A model generated the notes under the pieces. It saw only the letters and a program-made list of their open reading frames with translations. It ran no database searches and was not told the origin of the DNA. From positions 256,001-320,000 of the forward strand of contig JBGASG010000005.1 in assembly GCA_044229845.1 (NCBI GenBank): a stretch of DNA of 64,000 bases, in the 5' to 3' direction. The first letter of the stretch is position 1, and every line of letters begins with the position of its first letter. The DNA comes from Candidatus Obscuribacteraceae bacterium (GTDB lineage Bacteria > Cyanobacteriota > Vampirovibrionia > Obscuribacterales > Obscuribacteraceae). Positions 47,002 through 56,201 of the stretch are shown here, in pieces. The position numbers and the translations under genes are program-made.

Positions 47002-47499
47002 CGCCGACAGCATCGCTCCGATGTAATTGCAGATGACTCCGAAAATGGTTCCGTAGGACATCTTGTCGAGCCGCTTGGCGCGGAGCGATTTGACTTGTTG
47101 GTTCGCTTCCAGCTTTTTGGCTGCCCATTTTGCATGAATGCAGACCAGTGAAGTGAACATGCACGCAGACCCGATAATCAGAAGCACGAACTCAGCCCAT
47201 ACGCGCAGATCGGCAAGTCGCGGCGGCCAATGAGGCCCGAAATAATCCAGACCGGTCATGGTCTCCTTCGACAAAGCAAACATGGACAGAGACGCCATGA
47301 TCACGCCTATGGCGCAAACAAGCCACAGACCCCAGCCACGCGGCAAAGGCGCGGAAGGTGGACCACCGCCGCCGGCGTAACCGACTGGCTGACTGTCCAC
47401 AGCGGCGGTTGCGTCGTCACCAGGCAGCGCTTCCAGATGTGGACGGGAGTGAATTTCGCGTTCAGGCTGTTGCATTTGTTTCGGCTGTTCGGTGCCCAA
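46996..47499 (-). CDS. Hypothetical membrane protein (3 TM)
   Basis: AGGAG RBS before TTG; three hydrophobic segments. Confidence 0.6.
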   Translation of the reverse strand: MGTEQPKQMQQPEREIHSRPHLEALPGDDATAAVDSQPVGYAGGGGPPSAPLPRGWGLWLVCAIGVIMASLSMFALSKETMTGLDYFGPHWPPRLADLRVWAEFVLLIIGSACMFTSLVCIHAKWAAKKLEANQQVKSLRAKRLDKMSYGTIFGVICNYIGAMLSAL

Positions 47500-47572
47500 A
47501 TTCTCCTATTGCCATCTTATCTGCGCTGGATCGATCTCTGTCTTCTCGAAACAATTCCTTCAGGGTATGTCG

Positions 47573-47698
47573 TGCACCAGTTTCGAGTGCAAGACTGTCC
47601 AATTCTGCACTCGAAACTGATGTCAAGAGCTAGTGCAAAATCTGTCAAGAATGAATTCGAGTGCAAAAATCCGGATTCCTGCACTCGAAACTGGTGCA
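47573..47698. repeat. 126-bp nested inverted-repeat element (REP/MITE-like)
   Basis: Perfect 19-bp terminal IR TGCACCAGTTTCGAGTGCA...TGCACTCGAAACTGGTGCA; two internal TTCGAGTGCA-N14-TGCACTCGAA units. Confidence 0.8.
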
Positions 47699-47800
47699 AC
47701 GACTTGGACTCGAAGGCGAGACGTGAACCGGAACCGACTCAGGAGTCGATGGGTGCCGGCTGGAATGCCAGGATTGCTGTCCGCGGATAAAACCCTACGG

Positions 47801-47902
47801 GTATAGGTAATAGCCTATACATTGACAAGGTAATAGGTAAAAGCATATAATCGCTAATATGTTATAACAGATACAGTTCCAGAGCTATAGGTAATAGCCT
47901 AT
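47801..47902 (+). promoter_or_regulatory. hipBA promoter with HipB operators
   Basis: TTGACA (47822)-N18-TATAAT (47846); palindromic ATAGG-TAATAG-CCTAT at 47803 and 47887, with a variant at 47833. Confidence 0.85.
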
Positions 47903-48218
47903 GCCAGCCTCCAAATATTCAATCCAGCCGACCATCGACGTGCTGCGTTCCGCGCGGCAGAACCGTCGCATGAGTCAGGGCGAGCTGGGGCAGGCGATGG
48001 GTTTGCCGCAGAGCCATGTCTCAGACATCGAGCACGGCAAGAAGGATATTCGCCTCAGTACATTGATCGAGATGGCGCGCGTGTTGGGACTGGAACTGCT
48101 CCTGGTGCCACGCGAAATGGTACTGCCGGTGGAGACGCTCATTCATGCGTCGCCATCCGAAGACTTGCAGGAGCGCCCGGCTTACGCGCTTGATGATTTG
48201 AATCGAGATGAAGAATGA
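47901..48218 (+). CDS. hipB: XRE-family antitoxin
   Basis: MSQGELGQAMGLPQSHVSDIEHGKKDIRLSTL; translationally coupled to hipA. Confidence 0.85.
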   Translation: MPASKYSIQPTIDVLRSARQNRRMSQGELGQAMGLPQSHVSDIEHGKKDIRLSTLIEMARVLGLELLLVPREMVLPVETLIHASPSEDLQERPAYALDDLNRDEE

Positions 48219-49477
48219 GTCAAACGATGAACGAACTTAAGAGAGCAAAAGCTTTTGCAGGCACCGAGACCCTGCGCATCTATCTCAACGAAACTCCCGT
48301 TGGGATTCTGTCGCTGTTGCCTGGGGACACCAGCGTTTTCGCATTCGACGATGATTACGTCCAGGATGCGCGGCGGCCGACTCTCAGTTTGTCTTTTAAG
48401 TCGGCGACTGGACAGTTGATGACGCGGGTAAAGCCTCGGCGGACAAAACTCGATCCGTTCTTTTCCAACTTGCTCCCAGAAGGGCACCTTCGCGATTACC
48501 TCGCCAACAAAAGCGGCATCAACAAGGAGCGTGAGTTCCTGCTACTGGCAGCGCTGCGCGATGACCTGCCCGGTGCGGTGCGCCTTGAGCAGGCGAGCGA
48601 TGCCGACACCACGCATGACCTGTCTGATGTGATGCACGTCGATCACGACGACGGTCCGTTCAGCTTTTCGCTGGCGGGTGTGCAACTGAAGTTTTCCGCC
48701 GTCAACGAAGCGAAGGGCGGGCTGACAATCCGCGCCTCCGGATCTGGTGGCAACTGGGTCGTCAAGCTGCCGTCATCGGCCTATGATTCCTTGCCCGAAG
48801 CGGAATACTCGATGATGACACTGGCTCGCCTGTCGGGCATCGAAGTTCCGCAGATCAAATTGGTGGACACCGCTTCTGTCAAAGGTCTCCCAATTGATTT
48901 GCCGCCATCGTTCGGTCAAAGCCTCGCGATTGAGCGCTTCGACCGTGGACCTCGCGGCAAGCGCATCCACGCCGAAGACTTCGCACAGGTATTCGGGCTG
49001 TATCAGGGCGACAAATATGGCAAGGCGAGTTATGAAAACATCGCCTCCGTACTTTGGGCGGAAGCGGGCGAAAATGATGTGAAGGAGCTGGTGCGCCGCA
49101 TCGTTTTCTCAACTCTAATCGGCAATGCCGATATGCACGTAAAGAACTTCTCTGTTCTCTATCAAGACACCATCCATGCGCGTCTATCGCCCGCGTATGA
49201 TCTGGTGCCGACGATCTTGTTTATGCCCAGTGATCTGACTCTAGGGCTGTCGCTCGGCAAGACCAAAAAGATGTACGACATCAATCTGGATGTGATGAAG
49301 AAGTTCGCTGCCAGCGCCAGAATCCCCGAGCATCTAGTGCTTCAGACCAGTCAAGAAACTGTCACCGCTGTTCGCGATGCATGGACAAAGAACAAATCTG
49401 ACTTTCCGCTGTCGAAGAAACAGGTAGAGTCCATCGAAAAACATATGGATGCGATTCCGCTCGCACACGATCAGTAA
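48215..49477 (+). CDS. hipA: HipA-family serine/threonine kinase toxin
   Basis: PFFSNLLPEG, SLAGVQLK, IERFDR, HAEDFAQ, GNADMHVKNFS, LSPAYD. Confidence 0.95.
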   Translation: MSQTMNELKRAKAFAGTETLRIYLNETPVGILSLLPGDTSVFAFDDDYVQDARRPTLSLSFKSATGQLMTRVKPRRTKLDPFFSNLLPEGHLRDYLANKSGINKEREFLLLAALRDDLPGAVRLEQASDADTTHDLSDVMHVDHDDGPFSFSLAGVQLKFSAVNEAKGGLTIRASGSGGNWVVKLPSSAYDSLPEAEYSMMTLARLSGIEVPQIKLVDTASVKGLPIDLPPSFGQSLAIERFDRGPRGKRIHAEDFAQVFGLYQGDKYGKASYENIASVLWAEAGENDVKELVRRIVFSTLIGNADMHVKNFSVLYQDTIHARLSPAYDLVPTILFMPSDLTLGLSLGKTKKMYDINLDVMKKFAASARIPEHLVLQTSQETVTAVRDAWTKNKSDFPLSKKQVESIEKHMDAIPLAHDQ

Positions 49478-50658
49478 TCAACGGTGCGCCAGTCGCTGGA
49501 ACTTGTTGTGCAGGTCCCACGAATAGAACATCTCGAACGAATCCGTGTTGTGCCCGAACCCATAAAGTCGTTGACGATGAACGCGGTGCTGTCCGGCGAC
49601 CAGATAACATCCACATTGCGCTGGTAAGTGAACACCGGCGTGCCGGCTTTGCTGCCTTTCTTGGTCAGAACCAGTTGGTGATTATCTAGTTGCTTTGGAT
49701 CGAAGTATTTCTTCGATGGGATGTTTCGTCCTAGCGATTCATTGATGTTTCTCACGGTGAACAAACCGTTTGGCGAAACTATCTCGGAGGCATCACCAGG
49801 AAAGTTTTGCGAAAAACCAACAGCCGAGGTCGAACTCGATGCGAAAACGGCAATGAACATTGCGCAAATCATAGACGCGACCACACGCCAACCGATCGAC
49901 TTGATCACGCCCAGAGCAATCAATTGTTCTTCCGCCGCCAGGAGTTCTCGCGCGACCTTCACACCAGTTTCGTTCTTGACCAGGAATCTCACCGGGTTGC
50001 GAAACAGATATGCGCAACTGCTCTCCTCCAGAGTGGAGAATTCGCGTTGTAGCGCGGCGCGCATCTCATCCGACCGCGACAGATTATGTGCGACGAAATA
50101 ATAATCGTTCCACTGCGACAGCGCATCGCCCGAGACGTGCTCTTTCCCCTGCTCGTGTCCATGTTTGTGATCGTGCTCGTTGTGCATGAGACCTGCGGCT
50201 CGCAGCAAGTCCTCCTGTTGCTTCAGCCAGGTCGCTGTGACCTGGTCCGCCAGCTCGGGAGCGAATTCCTCCAGCACCACCTTGCCGTCGGGTTTCAAAA
50301 GCGCCTTCGCAGCCTTGACTGCATCCGGCATCGGATTGACGTGGTGCAGGCATCGCGAAAACAAAATCACGTCGTATGGCGCATCACATTTGTATTGAAG
50401 AATATCAGCATGTTCGACATCAACACCGCGAGCTCTCGTGTTGTTCACCGCTTCTTCGTCGATATCAATCGCTTTGATGCTAACGTTATGTTTCATCAAA
50501 GCGGCTGCTAAGTCACCGTTGCCGCAGCCGACTTCGAGCAGGCGTAACTCCGGACTCAGCGGCAGGTTGCTTCTGAGAAACTCCATCGAGTGTTCCGTCG
50601 CAACATCAACCGGGCGAAATGCCACGCCCTCGAATCCGCCTCTTTGTGTTTTCATCAT
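49471..50658 (-). CDS. Class I SAM-dependent methyltransferase with an atypical C-terminal extension
   Basis: LLEVGCGNG, YDVILFSRCLHH, LKPDGKVVL; the extension begins with a signal-peptide-like segment. Confidence 0.8.
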   Translation of the reverse strand: MMKTQRGGFEGVAFRPVDVATEHSMEFLRSNLPLSPELRLLEVGCGNGDLAAALMKHNVSIKAIDIDEEAVNNTRARGVDVEHADILQYKCDAPYDVILFSRCLHHVNPMPDAVKAAKALLKPDGKVVLEEFAPELADQVTATWLKQQEDLLRAAGLMHNEHDHKHGHEQGKEHVSGDALSQWNDYYFVAHNLSRSDEMRAALQREFSTLEESSCAYLFRNPVRFLVKNETGVKVARELLAAEEQLIALGVIKSIGWRVVASMICAMFIAVFASSSTSAVGFSQNFPGDASEIVSPNGLFTVRNINESLGRNIPSKKYFDPKQLDNHQLVLTKKGSKAGTPVFTYQRNVDVIWSPDSTAFIVNDFMGSGTTRIRSRCSIRGTCTTSSSDWRTVDY

Positions 50659-51713
50659 CTAGAACCGCCGGCTTTTACGGGAGCCAGTTCAGACGCGAGT
50701 GCCTTGATGCGGTTTGCGGCTTCCTCGATATCTGCCTTGGTGATGCCGTCGTGGGTGACGGCACGAATGCCCTGCGTGCCTTCCACACCCATCAGGACGC
50801 CTTTCAGTTTGAGACGGGTTGCAAAATCGGAATTCGCGATACCCGGAACCTTGATGTTGAAGAAGACCATGTTGGTGCGTACCGCAGGACTCACCACATC
50901 CAGCTCCGGCACCGCCGCCAAAAGGTCGGCGAGCAACTGCGCATGCTCGTGATCCTCCGGCAAGCGCGCAATCATTTTCTCTAAGGAAACGATGCAGGCT
51001 GCCGCCAGCACACCCACCTGGCGCATGCCACCACCCAGGACCTTGCGCATACGGCGCGCCTCTTCAACAAAGGCACGCGTACCGCACAGGATGGAACCCA
51101 CCGGCGAAGCGAGCCCCTTGGAGAAACACATCTGTACCGAGTCGGCATCTTCAACCAATTTGTCCAGGTCGATCTTCAATGCCACGGAAGCATTAAAAAG
51201 CCGCGCGCCGTCTACATGTAGTTTCAACCCATTCTCGTGTGCAATGCGCGCAATTGACTTGATGTGCGACACAGGCAGCGGATTGCCGTTCCAGGTGTTT
51301 TCGATGCAGATCAGTTTCGTCCGCGCGCAGTGGACGTCTTCGTGCTGTATGGCGTTGAGCACCGCATCCAGATCCAGCGTGCCGTCTGCGTTGTTAGGCA
51401 CCATCCGCAGTGTTATGCCACCGAGCGTCGCGGCACCGCCCTGCTCCCACAATGAAATATGCGAATGCTGGCCGACGATTGCCTCGTCGCCGCGACCGCA
51501 ATGTACCAGCAAGGCAATCAGGTTGCCCATGGTGCCACTGGACACGAACAGCGCAGCTTCTTTGCCGCATATCTTCGCTGCCATGGCTTCCAGGCGATTG
51601 ACAGTGGGATCCTCCCCGTAAACGTCGTCGCCCACTTCGGCTTTCAGCATTGCCTGACGCATCTCGTCGGTGGGGACAGTGACCGTATCACTGCGTAGGT
51701 CGATCGTTTTCAT
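50655..51713 (-). CDS. ltaE: Low-specificity L-threonine aldolase
   Basis: IDLRSDTVT, GDDVYGEDPTV, SGTMGN, HVDGARLFNA, FSKGL..PVGS. Confidence 0.96.
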   Translation of the reverse strand: MKTIDLRSDTVTVPTDEMRQAMLKAEVGDDVYGEDPTVNRLEAMAAKICGKEAALFVSSGTMGNLIALLVHCGRGDEAIVGQHSHISLWEQGGAATLGGITLRMVPNNADGTLDLDAVLNAIQHEDVHCARTKLICIENTWNGNPLPVSHIKSIARIAHENGLKLHVDGARLFNASVALKIDLDKLVEDADSVQMCFSKGLASPVGSILCGTRAFVEEARRMRKVLGGGMRQVGVLAAACIVSLEKMIARLPEDHEHAQLLADLLAAVPELDVVSPAVRTNMVFFNIKVPGIANSDFATRLKLKGVLMGVEGTQGIRAVTHDGITKADIEEAANRIKALASELAPVKAGGSR

Positions 51714-51759
51714 GATGACTATTTCCGCTGGGGCATTTGGAACTTGCTACTATAGCGCA

Positions 51760-52680
51760 ATGAAGTTTCAACGCATTGCCTGTGTGGACAACGTTAATCT
51801 CACTCCTGAGGCGTACAAGCGGCTCGCAAAGCTGTCCAAAGTCGAGTTCATACCGTGTCTTGCCGATCCCAAAGATACTGCGCAGCTCACTCAGCAGGTT
51901 GACGGTGCAGATTGTCTCTTGGTCAGTTGGCGCACCCGTGTCGACGAGGAAGTGATGGCGCGGCTGCCCGCCCTGCGCTACATCGGCTTGTGTGCGTCGA
52001 AGTACACCAATCCAGAAGAAGGTAACATCGACCTCGAAGCCGCGCGTCGCCGCGGCATCACCGTGTCAGCAGTGGGGCAGTACGGCGACGAGGCGACCGC
52101 GGAATTTATCTTCTGCGTGTTGCTCAATCTGTTTCGCGGCATGCAACCGACCCGCTGGAGTGACACGGCTTGTGAATTGCACGGCAAGTCGCTGGGGATT
52201 ATCGGCATGGGCGCCATGGGGCAGCATGTCTTGAAGCGCGCGATCGGCTTCGGCATGGATGTGCACTACTACAGCCGTACGCGTAAGCCTGAGAGTGAGC
52301 AACTCGGCGCTCGCTATGCGTCGAAAACCGAGGTATTGGCAGCCAGCGACATCATTTCTTTGCACGTCCCTAAGGGCATCAGCGCCATGACGGCCGATGA
52401 CTTCTCGACCATGCGACCGAGATCGGTGCTCATTAACACATGCCTGGGGATCGTCTTCGCTCCCCAGGATCTGGAGGACTGGTTGAACAGTCCCAGTCAC
52501 TTTGCAGTCATGGATGAATCGGCAGACGAGAGCTACAGAAAGTTTCGTTCACGCACCAATGTCATCTACCCGAACGTGGTGGCGGGCCGAACTGCAGAGT
52601 CCCGCCAGCGCCTCAGCATTCAGGTGCTGGACAATGTGGAAGCGTTTCTCACCGGTATTCCTCAGAACGTAATTAATTGA
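51760..52680 (+). CDS. D-2-hydroxyacid dehydrogenase family protein
   Basis: ELHGKSLGIIGMGAMG, DIISLHVP, LINT; the usual Arg and His catalytic residues are not evident. Confidence 0.8.
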   Translation: MKFQRIACVDNVNLTPEAYKRLAKLSKVEFIPCLADPKDTAQLTQQVDGADCLLVSWRTRVDEEVMARLPALRYIGLCASKYTNPEEGNIDLEAARRRGITVSAVGQYGDEATAEFIFCVLLNLFRGMQPTRWSDTACELHGKSLGIIGMGAMGQHVLKRAIGFGMDVHYYSRTRKPESEQLGARYASKTEVLAASDIISLHVPKGISAMTADDFSTMRPRSVLINTCLGIVFAPQDLEDWLNSPSHFAVMDESADESYRKFRSRTNVIYPNVVAGRTAESRQRLSIQVLDNVEAFLTGIPQNVIN

Positions 52681-52783
52681 CGCCTTCGTGCTGTAGCCAA
52701 GAGCAAATTCATCTCGACTGAGCGTATATTTCTCAGGATGTAAAACAGCGACAGCGCTGGACGTGTCAAGAGAAACTACGAAT

Positions 52784-53569
52784 ATGGATTTGAACCTTAA
52801 AGGCAAACGAGCGCTGATCACCGGTGCCAGTTATGGATTGGGACACGCTTGTGCCGACGTTCTAGCCGGCGAAGGCGTTAACGTCGCAATATGTGCACGC
52901 GATAAAGCCAAGGTCGAAGCGGCAGCCAAAGAGCTGGCGGGCAAACATAGCGTCAAAGCGGCTGGTATCGCAGCCGACCTGACGAAAACAGAAGACCTCG
53001 AGCGATTAGTAAAAGAAGCGAGAAAGCAGATTGGTGGCATCGATATTCTCGTCGTCAGCACCGGGCATCCGCCCACCTACCCTTTCACTTCCGCCACTGA
53101 TGAGCACTGGCAGCAGGGCACCGATCTGGTTTTGAAGCCGCCGATCATGTTGACCCGCCTCGTGTTGGAAGAGATGAAGTATCGCAAGTACGGCCGCATT
53201 ATCTTCATCGGGTCTATCTTTGGCTTGGAAGCCGAGAAATCTTCCGTGGTGCAAAGCACCCTGCGAACCGGACTCAACGCTCTGGCCAAGTGCATCGCCA
53301 GTGAAGTCGCTCCCGATGGCGTGACGGTGAACGTGGTCTGTCCTGGCTACTTCGAGACACCGCTGGTCTACGACCTGGCCAAGCAATATGCCGACAACGG
53401 TAACTCGGTGGATGAAGTCTTGAACGAGTGGCGAGCCTATTCGCCGGTGAGATGTTTCGGCAAGCCTGAAGATCTGGGAGCGCTGGTGGCGTTTCTGGCC
53501 TCGCCGCGCGGCGAGTTTATGACAGGGACTACCGTCACCATGGATGGTGGCGCGGTCCGCAAGTACTGA
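52784..53569 (+). CDS. Short-chain dehydrogenase/reductase
   Basis: TGASYGLG, VTVNVVCPGYFET, GKPEDLGALVAFLAS, MDGG. Confidence 0.93.
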   Translation: MDLNLKGKRALITGASYGLGHACADVLAGEGVNVAICARDKAKVEAAAKELAGKHSVKAAGIAADLTKTEDLERLVKEARKQIGGIDILVVSTGHPPTYPFTSATDEHWQQGTDLVLKPPIMLTRLVLEEMKYRKYGRIIFIGSIFGLEAEKSSVVQSTLRTGLNALAKCIASEVAPDGVTVNVVCPGYFETPLVYDLAKQYADNGNSVDEVLNEWRAYSPVRCFGKPEDLGALVAFLASPRGEFMTGTTVTMDGGAVRKY

Positions 53570-53579
53570 CGTTGAGGAA

Positions 53580-54857
53580 ATGACCTTGGCTAAGCAAAAT
53601 CAACTGAAAACCACATGCTGCATCGTGGGCGGTGGTCCGGCAGGGCTGATGTTGGGTTATCTGCTGGCCCGCGCCGGCATCGATGTGCAGGTACTGGAAA
53701 AGCATTCGGACTTCCTGCGCGACTTTCGCGGGGACACCGTACACCCGTCGACGCTCAATTTACTCGATGAGCTTGGCATTCTCAAAGATTTCCTGGCATT
53801 GCCCTTCGACAAGACTGAAGAACTGGGCGGTCAGATCGGTGATGACTTCATCGTGTTCGCCGACTTCAGGCGGATCAACGCCAAGTGCAAATTCGTTGCT
53901 TTCACGCCGCAATGGCATTTTCTCAACTTCCTTGCCGAGAAGGCGGCTGCCTTCCCAGGGTTTCACCTGCAAATGGACACCCAGGCAACCGATCTAATGG
54001 AGGAAAACGGCAAAGTCGTCGGCGTCAAAGCAGAGACCAAAAGCGGCACCAGCCTGACTGTCAAAGCAGACCTTGTCGTGGCTGCCGACGGTAGAGCATC
54101 TCTGATGCGAGAGAAAGCCGGATTCAAAATAATCGATGTCGGCGCACCCATGGACGTGCTCTGGATGCGCATGTCTCGGAAGGAATCAGATCCGCCGCAG
54201 ACGCTCGGACGCATTCAGATGGGACTGCTGTTTATCATGCTCAATCGTCATGATTACTGGCAGTGCGGTTTTGTCATTGCGAAGGGCAAGCTGGAGCAGC
54301 TGAAGGCCGATGGATTGGACAAACTGCGCCAGCGCATCAGCAGCATCGCGCCATTTGTGAGTGACCGCGTCGACGAGCTGAAATCCTGGGACGACATCAA
54401 ATTGCTGACCGTGAAAGTCGACCACCTGGAAAAATGGTATCGCGACGGATTGCTTTGCATCGGCGACAGTGCACATGCCATGTCGCCGGTCGGTGGGGTT
54501 GGAATCAACCTGGCGATTCAGGATGCGGTGGCAGCTTCGAACTACTTGCAAGAGCCCTTGAAGCATGGGTGCTGTGACGAGTCGGATCTGGAGCGTGTGC
54601 AGAAGTGGCGTATGTATCCGACTCGCATGACGCAACGTCTGCAGGTAGCAATCCAAAACGCCGTGATCAAGCCGACTCTCGAAAGTGCCGGGCCGGTTAA
54701 GGTGCCGGCGGCGGCGCGGATATTCCAGCATGTGCCTGCAGCGCGCGCCTTGCCTGCCACCATACTCGGTATTGGGTTCCGCCCGGAACACATTCGTCCG
54801 ATTCCGCTGCATCACAGGTGCGAGCAGAAAGACAAAACCCCGGCTGCCGTCGGTTAG
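53580..54857 (+). CDS. FAD-dependent monooxygenase/oxidoreductase (UbiH-like)
   Basis: IVGGGPAG, DFRGDTVHP, AADG, IGDSAHAMSPVGGVGINLAIQDA. Confidence 0.93.
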   Translation: MTLAKQNQLKTTCCIVGGGPAGLMLGYLLARAGIDVQVLEKHSDFLRDFRGDTVHPSTLNLLDELGILKDFLALPFDKTEELGGQIGDDFIVFADFRRINAKCKFVAFTPQWHFLNFLAEKAAAFPGFHLQMDTQATDLMEENGKVVGVKAETKSGTSLTVKADLVVAADGRASLMREKAGFKIIDVGAPMDVLWMRMSRKESDPPQTLGRIQMGLLFIMLNRHDYWQCGFVIAKGKLEQLKADGLDKLRQRISSIAPFVSDRVDELKSWDDIKLLTVKVDHLEKWYRDGLLCIGDSAHAMSPVGGVGINLAIQDAVAASNYLQEPLKHGCCDESDLERVQKWRMYPTRMTQRLQVAIQNAVIKPTLESAGPVKVPAAARIFQHVPAARALPATILGIGFRPEHIRPIPLHHRCEQKDKTPAAVG

Positions 54858-55486
54858 ATGCCAAACTTATAGTCGATGACCGGCGCGCCGTCAGGCGTTT
54901 CTTCCCCGAATGGTTTTTCCGGCAGAGTTCCGACGTCTGCGGTCAGCGAAGCGGCTAACTGGGTTGGCAGGGCTGCGACCAGGTAAAGCAGTTGCACTGG
55001 CAATTTGAGATCGCGCAAGTTGATCTCTGTGACCGTTACGCCCCAGGTCCTCGCGGAGCGGTTCACGAGATCGAGGCAACGGCGTTCTAAAGCGCGCAGG
55101 TCGCCTACGCTTTCTCTGACTGTGCACTGCGGCAAGACACTGTTGAGCACGCTGCCCACCAACTGCGCTGTGGCGTCATGGGCATCGAACGTCTCGGTTA
55201 CCGCCTTCATGGGGTCATCGATTACATAAGAGTACGTTCCGCTGACGATGCTCTGTTTTGCCGCGCCGTCAAGGGTGACCGCGGGCAACGGCATGGAACG
55301 CGGCACTATATTGATTTTCCTGGCCATCTGGAGAAACGGCCAGACAAACACCAGTCCCGGTCCAACCACCTTACTGGCTCGGCCGAGATGGAAGACGACC
55401 AGGCGCTCGGTGTCGGGAACCCGGCGCGCGGCATAGAGGAGGAACACTCCTACGAGCAGCAGCGGCCAGAAGATTTCGCCCGGCAT
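54854..55486 (-). CDS. SPFH/band-7 (stomatin-like) protein
   Basis: ERLVVFHLGR...GPGLVFVWP, WGVTVTEINLRDLKLP. Confidence 0.85.
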   Translation of the reverse strand: MPGEIFWPLLLVGVFLLYAARRVPDTERLVVFHLGRASKVVGPGLVFVWPFLQMARKINIVPRSMPLPAVTLDGAAKQSIVSGTYSYVIDDPMKAVTETFDAHDATAQLVGSVLNSVLPQCTVRESVGDLRALERRCLDLVNRSARTWGVTVTEINLRDLKLPVQLLYLVAALPTQLAASLTADVGTLPEKPFGEETPDGAPVIDYKFGI

Positions 55487-55591
55487 GATTTGTTTGTCTC
55501 ACACGACAGAAAGCGGATTGTACTCCCAATTTTGGGGCTTCCGTTGCCTGCCCGGGTCATGACATGTAGACCCATGTAGAATTATCTGCAG

Positions 55592-55675
55592 GCCTTTGTG
55601 TCGGAACTGGTATACGAGACGCACTTAAAATGCGTTGCCCGTAAGGGATTGAGGGTTCGAGTCCCTCCAAAGGCA
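55592..55675 (+). tRNA. tRNA-Leu (anticodon TAA); CCA not encoded
   Basis: Acceptor stem GCCTTTG/CAAAGGC-A, D-loop GG, anticodon arm ACGCA-CTTAAAA-TGCGT, long variable arm, T arm GAGGG-TTCGAGT-CCCTC. Confidence 0.95.
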
Positions 55676-55881
55676 GTCTTTTAAGTTCTCATTACATCAT
55701 CTGTACAGCGCCCGGGCGGGCGTTGCGGGCGTCGATTATCCGCCACATTGCCCGCTTATAACTTGATGCCATGGGAGAAACCGTCATAATTCGTTCACTC
55801 AAAATCCGGTTTCCGTTGTACGTTATTCCTGACGCCTGGAGTTTCTGCACAATGATGTTTGATCGGTCCACTACAGCTTCC

Positions 55882-56181
55882 ATGCCCAAACCTGTAACCG
55901 CCTCGGGATCCCATCGAGTCACCGGGATTATCGAGCTTGCCGACGGTAAGGAATTGCATGTCGACGTCATGCAAAGCTACGGCAGCAACGGACAGAAGCG
56001 TGCCGCTATGCACGATGTTCACCAGATGAAAGTCGTACCCTGGGTGGACGAGCCCAAGGGCAAGGCGCCTGGATTCTTTTCCACCATGGCTGGTCGCGTG
56101 GGCGGATTGGCAGTATGCAGCGCCGTCGTCGTTCTGGTTTCCTGGCAGATTGGCGTCTGGTTCGCCATCATAACTCGCTAA
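55882..56181 (+). CDS. Small hypothetical protein with a C-terminal TM helix
   Basis: ORF with a hydrophobic C-terminus; start uncertain. Confidence 0.5.
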   Translation: MPKPVTASGSHRVTGIIELADGKELHVDVMQSYGSNGQKRAAMHDVHQMKVVPWVDEPKGKAPGFFSTMAGRVGGLAVCSAVVVLVSWQIGVWFAIITR

Positions 56182-56201
56182 CTCTTCGCTCAGGTCTTAG
56201 T

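Noticed and set aside
47573..47698. Possible mini-CRISPR array
   Set aside because: The repeats are inverted, spacers are only 14 bp, and no cas genes are present.
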